Below are positions 22,261-35,122 of a stretch of DNA of 57,300 bases, piece by piece. Each line of letters starts with the position of its first letter. The stretch's first letter is position 1. The position numbers and the translations under genes are program-made. The notes under the pieces are model-generated. The model was not told where the DNA came from. It searched no databases and was given only the letters and a program-made list of their open reading frames with translations. The DNA comes from Hydrurus foetidus (taxonomy: Eukaryota), in the NCBI GenBank assembly GCA_900617105.1, contig UYFQ01000427.1, forward strand, positions 1 to 57,300, written 5' to 3'.

Positions 22261-25200
22261 CCTCGACTCCCCTTCTGCATCTGCCCGACCACAACGGTGC
22301 ACTTGTGACCGCTAAAGATCCTGAGAAGGCAACCGGTAAAACCGGAGGTGCCAGGAAGAAATTTTCTTTAACTGACATTACCTGTCATGTTTGCGGTCTC
22401 AATGTCACTACGCGAGGAACTGCAGTGAGCGGAAATCATCTCCGGAGAAAGCTCACGTAACTCCAACCGACTCAGACAATATCGACTCAGATGACTACGA
22501 CGTAGCACTAATCACTACCGTGGAATCGTGCCTATTCTCAAGATACGACGTGTTGCTGAATAATGAGGCATCACTTAATATTTTTAGTAATGGAGATCTA
22601 CTTACCGGCTTAAGGAAATCAGACAGGACAATCATTGTTGGTGGGATACAGCTAGGGGGAGGAGTGGCAGTCGACGAGGAGGGAGACTTTAGAGAGCTGG
22701 GACGTGTGTTCTATAGTGCAGCGGCATCCGCTAATGTGCTGTCCTTTGCTTCTCAGGTCGACTCGGGCGCAGCTGTAAGATACAACCACAATGGTGATTG
22801 CTTTACATTACAGCCACGAAACAGTACAATCGTCTACAGATTCGGCAGAAAAGATGTACCGGGCAGTGAGGGTAGGTTCTACAGCTGTGATTGGCGAGAA
22901 GTCATGAAGGAATCAGCATTGGTAGCCACGGTAGAGAGCAACGCAAAGGCATTCACAAAACGAGAAATCGAGTAAGCACGGAAGGCGAGGGAACTATTGG
23001 CACGAATGGGCTTTCCCACAGTCACGCAGGCGATGGCGATTATGAACTCTGGAAGCAACTTCGAAGTTACATCTCGAGATTTCCAGATAGCCGATGCGAT
23101 ATAGGGAGCTGACATCGCCTCTCTCAAAGGAAAGACTACTAAAAGAGCGACACCTTCAGCAGATATCACCGTCAACGCGAAGATCGTACAACAGGATCAG
23201 ATCCTGGCGATAGATATCATGTTCATCGACAAGACAGCTACTCTAATTGGCGTGGCGACTCCTTTAGGACTGACAATCGCGTTCAGCCTCAATCACCTTG
23301 TTATGAATAAAGCAGTGAGAGCAGCGAGAAACATCAAAAGAGGCATCGACCACTTTATCACGACGCTAGCGTCACAGAATTTCAAGACTAAGATTATCAT
23401 GAGCGATGGAGAGCGATGAGTTACCAGTTTAATACCTGAACTTGAGGCGATTGGGATCGAAATGGACATCAGCGGCGCCGGAGGACATGTCTTCAGCGTA
23501 GAACGGCGAATTCGTGTAATTAAGGAACGGCTACGCTCTCACGTAGCATATCATCTGCCATGCACTTTATCGAGCATGGGAATAGCGATGTTTATTCTGT
23601 ATTGCGTATCCCGTCTCAACTACGAACCGTACGGAGTACGAGAATGGGGACCCAGTCCAAGAGAGGCTTTTGTCGGACGTAAGGCTGACGGTAAAAAGGA
23701 TTTCAGATGTTCTTTCGGAGACTATGCCCAGTGCACTGTGCCCAGCACTGACAGCACCATGAAGGGCAGGACTGAGGACTGCGTCGTGATGCTGCCGCTG
23801 GGGAATCGAACGGAAAGTGTTCGAATGTTGTCGCTAGTCACGGGAAGACTGGTGAACAGAGACCAGTTTAGGGTACTTCCTATGCCACTATAAGTTATTC
23901 TAAGGATGAACGAGTTCGCTCTTAAAGATGGGAGAGTTAAAGGGAAGGGGGAGTTATCCCAAAAGCCAAACACATACATTATGCAGAGTGGAGTGGGGAA
24001 CGGTCTACCTGATGACACCATAAATACCCTAACGAGCAACGGAGTCGACCCTTCCTTCATGATTGGTAGCGACGAACCCAATCTGGACTTAGCGGAGCCA
24101 GAAGAGATTGGGGGTGACGACATCGCTATTCCTGACGACAGACATGAAGGGAATAGGGGTGATGACGAAGGGAATGGAAGTGCTGAGGATGTAGAGATGC
24201 AGACCATCAACACTGATTTTGCCGATGATGTGATCCCGCTTTTCATTCCACATGGAAAACCGAAGGATGTAGACATGGGCGATCTGATACATAGCTTCGA
24301 GGGACTAGGTTCAGGGAGATATGACGACGAAGGCATAGTGGGTGAAGAGGATGGTGGGCCAACGGGTGCAGAGGTGAGCGGCGACGTCACTGATGTACCG
24401 TATAAGGATGCGAGCGGAGCTCAAGATACGCAGCATGTTAACCAACAGCGGGCAAATCGTCTAGACATCATGCAGATGTTTCGCAAGGGAGTAAATGGGG
24501 GGACACTGCTGACCAGATTGTACATCGAGCATGGTACGGACTGGAGAGAGCGAGTATTTAACATGTCAGTCAACCAGGCATTACGTACTCGAGGAAGAGA
24601 TGCGGAGATAATCATCATGAAGCAGCTCGGGCAAATCCTAAAGAAGAAAGTGTAGACTCCTGTTGACATCGGGTCGTTGTCATACAATGAGAAGAGAAGG
24701 ATCATCAGATCTAGCATGTTTCTAAAGGAGAAATTCCTTGTGAGCGGAGAGTTTGAAAAACTCAAAGCTCGACTCGTAGCGGGTGGAGATCAATAAGACA
24801 AGTCGCTCTACGACGATTTGTCTGCACCAACTGTCGGAACGAGCTCAGTGTTCACTGTACTCAGTATTGCAGCTTATGAGAATAGGGGTGCAGCAGTCAT
24901 CGATATCGGAGGAGCATTCCTGAATGCAAATATGGATACAGGACTACCTGTACACATGCGTCTGGACAAGAACATGTCGGGTATGATGACTAGGTTATCA
25001 CCCGAATACGAGCAATATGCTGACGCGAAGGGCTGTGTGGTGGTAAAGATAAGGTGTTGTATGGGTGCGTAGAGTCAGCAGCACTCTGGTATCAAAATCT
25101 GCGAGGGAGTTTCTCAGATTTGGGATACACACCGAACGAGTATGACATCTGCGTGTTCAATAGACGCAACGAGCAGGGTGCACAGTGTACTGTGGCAATC

Positions 25201-25617
25201 CACGTAGACGACTTGCTGATCACTAGTGTAAGTTCGCTCATGATCGAGGATTTAGCGGAGGGTCTGTCTAAAAGATATGGTGAGATTGCGAGAAAGAACG
25301 GGCCGATTGTGAACTATTTGGGCATGGTGTTTTATTTGGCTACACCAGGGAAAGTAAAAGTGAGCATGACGGGGTTCGTTGACGAGATGCTCAAAGAATA
25401 CGGGGTTACGGGGAAAGCCTGCACACCTGCGACAGAGGGGCTATTTGATGTGCGACCCGATATCGAGTCTGTGACCGAGCAGCAGAGAGTAATCTTTCAC
25501 AGATGTGTAGCGAAGCTGCTGTATCTGGCGAAGATGGCGAGACCTGATTGCCTCACTGCGATGTCCTTCCTTGCGACGAGGGTGAATAGGTGCACCTCGG
25601 ACGACTTAGCCAAGCTA

Positions 25618-26088
25618 CAGGCTGATGACGCCTGTACCGGGCAAAAGTATATATTTTCGTTTCCCAATTCAGCCACTGAATCATTTTTTGTGACTGATGG
25701 CTCAAAAGAACCGAAATGAAAATCCACACATCACTATCTCGATGCTTTTTTCGTTTTTCGTTTTTTCAAATTTTTTTGGCCAACTAAAATTTGGCGGATA
25801 TTTTGTCATCGCAATAAAATTTGCGGAAGTACAGAACTCAAAAAAGCATCGAGGTCACACTTTAGACCACATCATACTGATTCATGTCATAAATTCAGAT
25901 TCGTCAGAGTCACAACCATCGTGTTGGGATCGAGCAAACAGATGTGATGCTTGCCCAGTGCTTCCATTCGATTGTTTGAGTGCCCAAATCGAGGATTTCA
26001 ATTTTTAAGATGTTTTTTTTCCAAAAAAAGGGGTTGAAGATGTTTTTTTCCAAAACCGTATTTCACGTTTCTTGACGTCATCAGCCCG
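25618..26088. mobile_element. Tc1/mariner-type MITE (471 bp), TA TSD, inserted in the Copia RT
   Basis: TIR CAGGCTGATGACG / CGTCATCAGCCCG. Removal restores DLAKLQRLMRY. Confidence 0.9.
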
Positions 26089-26698
26089 TACAGCGTCTGA
26101 TGAGATATGTGAATATGACAAAAGAGAGAGGGGTCATGTTCTCACCTGAGGAGATCGGTATCGAAGAGAGCGTGCTGATTGATGCTGCACACGGAGTGCA
26201 TCCAGACGGGAAGTCCCACATAGGGAGCTGTGTTGTGATTGGAGATGTGGGAGCAGCGCACTGTAAGTCAGCGAAGCAACAGATCATGACGAAATCGAGT
26301 ACTGAAGCAGAGCTAGTAGCGCTACCTGATTCAGCGAATCAGGCCCTCCACATCAGGAGTTTCGTGCTGGCACAGGGACACTCATGCGGGCCTGTCTCCA
26401 TCTATCAGGACAACATGTCCTGCATGGCGCTGATAGATCGAGGACGATCAGCGGCGAAGCGTACAAGACACATCGCCATCAGATACTTCTAGGTAAAGGA
26501 GCGTGTCGACGCAGGAGAAGCGAGGGTGATACACCTGGGGACTAAGAAAACATATGCGAACCTGCTCACGAAGCTACTCAAAGGAATCCAATTTCAAGAG
26601 GAGAGAAAAGGGATCACAGGGTGGAACGATACGATAATTGAGTAGACGTATGCACACGAATCGGTCGATGTGACGTTTGTGTAAGTGCCATAGGGGTG

Positions 26699-26967
26699 TG
26701 TTGAATATATCTGCGTATATGGCACGTACACAATCTGTGTACTTACAAAAGCGTACTGCATCCGTGCGCCTGTATCCTACAACAGTAGAATAAAATGTGA
26801 TTGAATGAATTGAATGAACTCGTAGCCTTCTGACTGATGTATGCAGTCTAATTAACAAGTGTTTACTGATACGCTAGATCTTATTTTATGAGTCCTGATT
26901 GCTTCGGTCTCACGCCGCTGTACCCCAAGTACTAGAGTCGGCTGCGAGAACACGGATTCAATCAACA
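26699..26967 (+). repeat. 3' LTR of the degenerate Copia
   Basis: TGTTG...CAACA after PPT AGGGGTG; partly similar to LTR 42852-43179. Confidence 0.85.
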
Positions 26968-28210
26968 TCTTGCCACTTCGCGATTATGCTAGCATTTGCT
27001 CGGCATAATTTGGACGTAGAGGATTTTTGAATTTTGCTAGCAATTGCTAGCAAAATAAGTAGCAAAATAAGCATAATTTGAAACTGACCTCGCAAAGCTT
27101 TTTTCGGAGGTAGCAAAACTTATTTTGGTGACAGCATAACTTTTTATGGTGACAGCATAACTTTTTATGGAGGTAGCATAACTTTTTATGAAGGTAGCAT
27201 AACTGTACTGCCAAGTGGCATTATCAGACAATTAGATGGAAATTGATAATTCAGATGAGATTTTCTTTTTTTTAGTTGGCACTAAAAATATTGCGCCCCT
27301 ACCCAGGAATTGATGTGACGACCTAAAACCACCCATCGAAACTCAAAACTTCGATCAAGTCTTCTCAATTATCACCATCAGGCACTGATTTCCACCATCT
27401 GGAAGCTGAACACCGCGGCAGTAAAGGAGGCTCCCCTCAACATGCGGGCGACTGAAAGGATGGTTTCACCGCCAGCTGTTTGCTTGAAGCGCGAGGCGTG
27501 CGAATTGGCTAAATATCGCCGGATTCGCTGTTTCACTTGCCTGCGCTCCATGCCGCAGCTTTGAAATTGCATTCTATGTCACCAAAATGCCTTTGGACTG
27601 CGCGGCTCTTTGAAGATATAAATGACATCTGAGTCGTGGCCATTTGATGCTCTCGGAACACCGATAAATTTGTTTATACCATTTTTCTACGGTTGCCTAC
27701 TGAATTTTGCATCATTCATTCGCTTTCATTTTGCAGATGACTATGCTCTCTACGCCTCCAAATGGAAGGTTTGGAAAGCTGGACAAGAATCGTGAAGGAT
27801 TGTGATAAGTAGTCAACTTCGTTGTGCAAATATTATGACTTTGTAATCTCAAAAAAATGAAATTCTTCAACTTTGAAAGCTTTTTAAAGAATGGAATCCT
27901 TTCGGGAGATGGTGAAAAGTCACTTTCTACAGATGAAAGAGTTGCGAGGTTCTTTATCTCTCGATTTGTGATACCGTGATAGTGACAGGTATCGTGGATG
28001 AGAGAACCGTTTAATTCGGCGGAACAGAAACCGTAAATACGGTTTTTGCACATATTATGAGGAATGTGGGCTGCTAGCTACTCTGCGCTCTGCTGCTCTC
28101 TGCTGTGCACTGCACAGTACACGCCACAACGAATGACGAGGTACTTCACAATTGAGTCTGCAGATTGTCTTACTCGACATTGAGAATCGAAGATTCTGAG
28201 CATCAATTTC

Positions 28211-30960
28211 GTGGCGCCGATAGAAAAACTTACCGAGGATTATTCTGACAGTGAAGAGGAAGGATCTGTCCCTCGAATTGAGTTTAAAAGCCTCAAGATG
28301 AATCAACCTCTGGTCAAAAAAGCTTGCATCTTACAAAGTGCAGCTGCGGAGGATTACTCTGACAGTGAAGAGGAAGGATCTGTCCCTCGAATTGCAGTTA
28401 AAGGCCTCAAGATGAATCAACCTCTGGTCAAAAAAGCTTGCATCTTACAGAGCACAGCCGACCATTACAAATCAAATGAGTGCGGCGATAGAACTTGAAC
28501 CAACCTTGCTTCCTGTTCAAGCAGCCAAAGCGGCAATTTAAGCAACTTTTTCTCCTCCCGCAATACACAGCAACAGGTATTATAATTCAGCGCGCATTGT
28601 GTCTGATAATAATGCCTATCATCAGCATACTCTGACACGCAACTTAAAACCTGTCATAGAGAAATAGCGTTGTTTCGGTGTCAAAGGGAGGTACAGGATT
28701 CAAGAAGGGACAGAAGGTTCCTTTTAAACAGATTGAGATTCTTGACGAAGAGGACGATTCGCAAGAGGAAGATTACATTCCACCGAAAACCTTTGATTTA
28801 CACTCTGACGAAAGTGAAGAGGCTAGCGATGACGAAGACGAGGCTAGCGGTGACGAAGACACGGAGAATCAAGAGGACGCATTAGAGAGAATCAAAAGTA
28901 ACCTACCAAAGGAAAGCAACCTAAGCCGGAAAAGAAAAGTCAAAGTGACTCAATGGGTAAATAAGAGGCAAAAACTCAAGGTTACGAAGAGTATTCTGAA
29001 GAAGACAGCAGAGGATCGTGTGCGGGAATTCCCCGACAACTTTCTCTCTGTAAGGAATGGTCTTCTCCACTGCAGAGCGTGCAATCTTCCGGATATTTCA
29101 CTGAAGAAATCGAGCAACAAGAGCCACCTCAAAGGAGAAACTCACAAAAAAAATGTCACTAGAAGAGACAAATCTCAGTTGACGTTACTCGATTACAAGC
29201 GTATCATTGTGGTGAATGAGAATGAAGACACAACGGCAGGAAGTACTCTGCCTCTAGATGTTAACGCATATAGAATGACAGTAGCGCACGCGCTGTTGAA
29301 GACAGGAACACCGTTTTCCATACTTGATGCTGATAGTGAGTTCAGACAGCTCCTTGAAGACGGTCACACAACGTGTCCTAAACAGGCATGTAGTGATCTC
29401 ATTCCATCACTGAACGAGAAAGAGCACCTCCTAACTTTGGAAGAATTGAACGGAGCCACATCTTTTTTTCATTAGTACAGACGGTACCATAAATGTAGCA
29501 GAGGCTTTGGCGATGGTAAGAAACACATTCAAAATTGCTATGCATACAACACTTCTGTTTTATCTGTCACACTGCAGTATAATCAAATACATCTCTTACT
29601 TTTCAGGTTGTTAGATATGTATGCAAAAGGAAAGCAATTCAACAACGATTACTGTGTTTAAAGTTCCTTGCTGATCCTCTTACTGGCAATGCACTAGCTG
29701 CCCAAATCATTGAAGTTGTCATGACTCAATCCGGCCAGCATCCACGGAAACTTAGATTCAATACTGCTGATGGTTGTGCGACCAACGGTCTCGAGAATGA
29801 TGTCATGAAAGCAATATTCCCTCAGTGTGATCTCATTTGCCTGTCCTATTCCTCAAACCTGCCGATGGCGCTATTCGAGAAGGCCACCTCAACTGCAAAC
29901 AAGTTTCTACAAACATGGAGTCAATGCCTCACCCAGGGCTCTAGAGTTCGGTCAGCTTTTACTGCTGCTACTGGGGAAAAGGGGCTTCGCAGTCATGCCA
30001 TAAGGTGGATGGCGCAATTCAGAGAGGCAGTACAAGTGTATGCTCGTTTCAGAATAGTTAACAACATAGTGAGTTCTGCGGAAGTTGGTTGTGGAAGCTT
30101 AACGAATACACTCAGGGCTATTATTGACGCACCAGCTGGAGGTAAGACACGACCAATTACTGTTCACCTAGTAGCTTATACTAAACTCGACATTACACAT
30201 CGAAATAGATGAGGGCTTGTCAGGCGAGGAGATTCTTCTGACTGAACTGGCTTTAATTGTTGATGCGGATGAGCACATTGCACAATTCTGCAACTACTTT
30301 GAGGGCGATGGATTTCTAGCACCATACGCATACGATTCCTGGCACAAGCTGAATGCACAGATGAGCATTATATCGGAGAGGTACATAGAGGAGGAGTATC
30401 CATCTACCCTGAGAAACATCGTGAGTCAACTACGTCCCGATGACATCAACGCGCAATAGCGCATCATGCAACTCACCCTGACTAAAGTCAAGCTGGTGAA
30501 GGACAATCTAGAGTATGACACTCTCACAAGACTAGATGAGACTTTAAAAACGTTAAGAGGCTGCCGTTTAGTGGGTTACCAATTTGTCAAGGAGATGAAT
30601 ATCGAGGCGCTGGAGGAAGAAGTCCAATTTGTTCAGCGGTTACCCTTGGCAGTGCCCATGATAGATGGGCTGCTGGAGGAACTTCCTACGTACAAGAGGC
30701 TAGCGGACGAATATCAGAATGATAATTCAGATGGGTGGTTGTTTTGGAGAAGATACTGTAATTCTCTTCCTTATGGTATAAAATTGCAGCAGAAGTGGTT
30801 CTTGTTATGTGCTCTAGTGCTGCTCTTGAAAGGATTTTCTCACTACTGAATTGCACTTTCGATGACCACCAACACCAGGCACTTAATGATTATAAGGAGG
30901 CTTCCATCAGAATCAGATATAACGAAAATTTCCGGGACAGAAAACAGTATTCATGTGAAA
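28211..30960 (+). pseudogene. hAT transposase (intron-containing, degenerate) with CGGBP1/BED-like zinc finger
   Basis: DRVREFP..LHCRAC..KSHLKGETH; TADG; IRW; C-terminal FW..LP..SSA..ERIFS dimerisation motif; stops and frameshifts. Confidence 0.8.
28235..28451 (+). repeat. 114-bp tandem duplication (38 aa) in the 5' part of the transposase
   Basis: EDYSDSEEEGSVPRI...KKACILQS occurs twice. Confidence 0.9.
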
Positions 30961-31450
30961 TACTCTTTTAATTGTTGACTGCTGATTGTTGACTGTCGAT
31001 TTTTGAATGGCATATACGACTTAACATATACAGAGTGCAGCAGCGAAATAATTGATTGAGTAGCAAAATTTATGGAAAAGGTAGCAAAATTCATTCAATA
31101 GGTAGCAAAATTCATGTAACAGGTAGCAAAGTTTTTGTAATAGGTAGCAAAGTTCCTCTAACAAGTGGCATAACTTCGGATGCAGGCGGCATAATTTTTT
31201 TGGAAAATAGAGAAAACCCAGCAGAATTTTGCTAGCAAAATCTTAAAATTAGGTGGCATAATCGCGAAGTGGCAATCAACATCCCACTCAAAAAAAGGAA
31301 GTTATGACCGGCACAACAAGTCTGAAAATTTTCACGGAAAAAAGACCGTTTTATTCCGCTGTCGTAATAGGAATCCGAATCCTATTTACTATTTAGGCTT
31401 TCCTGTAAAAGCCCTATCCGTAGGGGTTAGGATATCGGAAATAATTTACC

Positions 31451-31669
31451 GTGTACTGAATTGAGAGATTCGTGCACTGAATTAATAGTTTGATGTACTG
31501 AATTCTATACTTAATGATAGGATTAGGGTTAGGATTAGGGTGAAGATTCGGGTTAGGGTCAGGGTTAAGGTTAGGGTTAAAGTCAGAGTCAGAGTCAGGG
31601 TTAGGGCTAATACACCCTAACTCTAGAGTTAGGGTGTATTAAGTACATCAAACTATCAATTCAGTACAC
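31451..31669. mobile_element. MITE-like element with degenerate TTAGGG repeats and a 34-bp perfect palindrome
   Basis: TIR GTGTACTGAATTGA / TCAATTCAGTACAC; TTAGGG-like array at ~31518-31606; palindrome at 31608-31641. Confidence 0.7.
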
Positions 31670-32015
31670 CATTAATTGGGTCGCGTTAGGACATCCCACA
31701 AAACCCTATGTCAACGAAGTATTTATATTTGAGTTTTAATTAAGTTTTAGGTTTTCGTCTCTCGAAAGGTATATAATGCACGGTATCTTACAACATCCTA
31801 TGCAGCTAGGCATTCTAAATAGTCGCAGTGTGGACCCCGCGACGAGGTGCTACTCAATCTTCTCTGTCTCTACGTGTCTCGAAAGTAATTTGATGGCGGG
31901 TATAGCTTAAGTTCCGTTCTTAGTCCCGCACGAATCTTTAGTAGTATAGTTAGGTGATTGTACGTCAGGTGTCGACGGTTTTGATTTAGAAAGTATTTTT
32001 TGGACGGTGGCAAAC

Positions 32016-35000
32016 ATGTCCGAAGAGCAGGCGAGTGAATGGGGATGGGAAGCTATGGGTTCCGAAGAGGACGGCGAGAACGATAGCTCTCTTATTGCGG
32101 TAGATGACAACCGCACGAAAGACATCGAAGGCCAAAAGTCAGATTGTGGGAGAGCTACCCCCTCATCGACATCAGTTGACAAACCCCAGCCCCCAAAATT
32201 CAGTGACCCGAAACAGGTTGCCGTATCTATAGGATCACAATCCTTACAGAAGGGTATTACTTCTAGTCCGTCTTTTCAGGAGTTGGAGAGAGCTATTGGA
32301 GCAACTTTGGCAATGAGTCTAAATGTTGCTGACCAAGATCAGCATCACAACAAGAGTGTTGGCTTCGACATAACTCAACAGAAGCTCCAGCAACAGAGAA
32401 TCAGGCAGCAACAACACCATCGCCAACAGCAGCCGCAGCACCCATCAGCATATAGTCCACGCCATGGGCTTGGTCAGTATCCTCCCCCGCATCCAATGAA
32501 CAGTCAGCAATCTAGTGCACGAAATGAACTTGGGCTCTTCGTGAATGAATCTGAATCAAGGGCGATCATTCTATTTCACTCCCCATTAGTTTCTCCGATT
32601 GCTGTGCGCGATGCGTGTCAAAAATGCGGTGTGCTGTACTATATTCGTCCAGAGTTTCACGGCAAGGGTGTAACACTACTCAGTTACTTCGATCTCCGCT
32701 CTGCCATACATGCGCATGGTTCAGTGGTGGAGGAGCTTGGACAGGGCGCAGAGGCCTCAGCTCACTACAGCGTCATGCTCCACGCTGCCAACAATAATTC
32801 CGAAGAATTTCGACTTGTAGCGAGAAATTTGCCTGAGGGCCATCCGGAGTCAGAAGTGCAGTCGATATTTAGCCGCTATGGGCAACTGAGGAGTATACAG
32901 CGAATATTCGGCACTACTGAGGAAGACGAGAACAAATCCATGGACCCTGCTTCTGTCTCGGAATCTTCTTCTGCGACAAGTTCCGAAGAATCTGCGTTCA
33001 AGGTTGAATACTTCAATATTCAGGACGCACGCTTGGCTGCTTCGGAATTGTGCGCTACCTCTGCACAACTGTTGGGTCCTGACGCTGTAGTGTCTTTCGC
33101 TCCACTGGACAGCAGGAAGCAGCAACTGTGTCGACAACTCCTCGCAACCCTCTCTAGGTGGAGGAGCGAGTTGTCCTCGTCACCGTCCTCACTAACTGGT
33201 CACGGCAACATGAATAGAGGAGTAGGGAACATGGGTGGCCTTGGCATGTATTCTTCCACTCCAGGTTCTCCAGCGTACCAGATGCCCATGATGGCTGCAC
33301 ACCAGCACCAGCAACAGACATTCCAGGGCATGTATAGCAATGCGAGTGGCATCGGACTGGGAGGCGTGCTCATCGATCCTAGCATTAACATAGGGCAGCA
33401 GCAGCAGCAGTACTCAATGGGTATGGGTATGGGTATGGGCATGCAGATGGGTATGGGAATGGTGCCGTATGGTGTGTCCGTTCAGCTGCCGTATGGACAC
33501 GGCATACAACAGCCTCAGCAGCAGCAGCAAAGACATTTCGACTTCAAAGACAACCAAAACAACATTCCAAGTGGAGACAAGTTTCGCTTGCGTTCTGGCG
33601 ATCCGTCCAGCAACGACAACTCTGCGCCAGTAGCTTCGAAAGATGAATCATCACGAAGCTATGATTTGCATGAGCAAAGCATTGGAGGTGACTCATGGGG
33701 CTCCAACAACAACAACAACAGGTCAGCAGGTCAAGGACAGCACTATGGAGACAAAGTTGGACATCCCCTTGGAGGCGATGCGTCTCCCACCGACCTCCTC
33801 TCTCACCGCAACCACTACGCCTCATACGGCACCACCCCTAGTCCCCAATCCCAGCAACTGTATGTGCAGCACCAGCAGCAATTGAGCCACAACTATAGGG
33901 GCAACAAGTCCCAGATGCCCACCAGCATGACTCAACAGCAACAGCACTACCCTTATCAGTCCGGTCAGATGGCCACTACCGATTTCTACGCTCAGAGTCA
34001 CCGTCCCCACCACCACAATGGGGGGCACGGGCAGCACATGTTAGGGGGATACGCACAAGGACAGATCGGTCAGATGCAGAGTCGCAGAACAAACAAGGGG
34101 GGCATGGCGGGGTCGGGCTCTCAGCCCTTCTCAGGGGGGCAGGGACAAGGACAAGGTCAGGGTCCTTCTAACGGGTCCCAAGGGGCTGCATCCGGAGGGG
34201 ACTACGCGCAGTCAGACTTCTCCCTGGACATCAGCAGAGTCAACGAAGGGGAAGATGTCCGAACTACCGTCATGGTGAGTCACGCCCCACTTGTTATCAT
34301 TCCGTATCTGTCACCTGTCATTCCGTTATGCTAACCCCATTTGCTATCTACCTTCAGGTGCGGAACATCCCTAACAAGTACCAGCAGCAGATGCTCCTCG
34401 ATGAAATCAATGTGAGCCACGAGGGCACGTACGACTTCTTCTATCTCCCCATTGACTTCAAGAACAAGTGCAACGTGGGCTACTGCTTCATCAACTTTCT
34501 TGATCCGAAGCACATCGTAGCTTTCGTGAAAGAGTTCAACGGTTTAAGATGGAAGAGCTTCAATTCAGAGAAAGTGTGCGCCATTACTTTTGCTCGTATT
34601 CAAGGCAAGGGCAGCATGGTCAGCAGGTTCCAGAACAGCTCTCTGCTCGAGAAGGATGACGAGTACAGGCCTCTGCTCTTCTTCTCCTCAGGACCGGACA
34701 GAGGAAAGCCCGAGCCCTTTCCCTCCAGTTCGAGATCCATGGCATCGCAGCAGCACCAACAGCACGCATCCATCAGTAACAACAACACCAACAAGCAGGG
34801 AGGGATCAGCACCTACAATGGAGGGCAGCCGTTGCAGCACACTCATGACTCTTCCCAGAGCTTCTCAGCGACTGCACCAATTGAGAATGAGGCGTCTAGG
34901 AGTACTGATGATGCCGCATCGAGGAACCATGAGGTGTCAGGTGAAGTGCCGTCATCAGGTTTCGCGGGAGGTGAGAAGGAGAATGAGAGGGAGAATGGCT

Positions 35001-35122
35001 CCACAGCCATCGATCGAGAGAGAGAGAAGGAGAAGGAGAGCAAACATACCCTCTCCGAGGATGGTAACGTGCACCATGTGGACGAGCACGAGGAGTCACC
35101 AGCACCTCCAGTCGTGCCATAA
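32016..35122 (+). CDS. Mei2-like RNA-binding protein (3 RRMs); exons 32016-34274 and 34358-35122
   Basis: RTTVM|VRNIPNKY..YDFFYLPIDFKNKCNVGYCFINF..ARIQG is the Mei2-type C-terminal RRM; GT-AG intron; two N-terminal RRMs. Confidence 0.92.

Larger units (their letters stand above)
22280..26967 (+). mobile_element. Degenerate, 5'-truncated CoDi-like Copia with 3' LTR
   Basis: Collinear homology to the 43246-48111 polyprotein (LLNNEASLN, IDIMF, MSDGE, HVDD, KSSTEAE); many stops; PPT plus LTR 26699-26967. Confidence 0.92.
26970..31275 (+). mobile_element. hAT DNA transposon, 20-bp TIR, 8-bp TSD TCAACATC
   Basis: TTGCCACTTCGCGATTATGC / GCATAATCGCGAAGTGGCAA; TSD at 26962-26969 and 31276-31283; subterminal GTAGCA(A/T)AA repeats. 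Confidence 0.93.

Noticed and set aside
22973..26492. RIP-like CpA>TpA bias (CAA>TAA, three TGG>TAG) in the degenerate Copia
   Set aside because: Stop-creating changes are inherently biased to these contexts and the sample is tiny; a family alignment is needed.
31518..31641. Telomere or telomere fusion
   Set aside because: Short, degenerate and enclosed in TIRs; better explained as a MITE.
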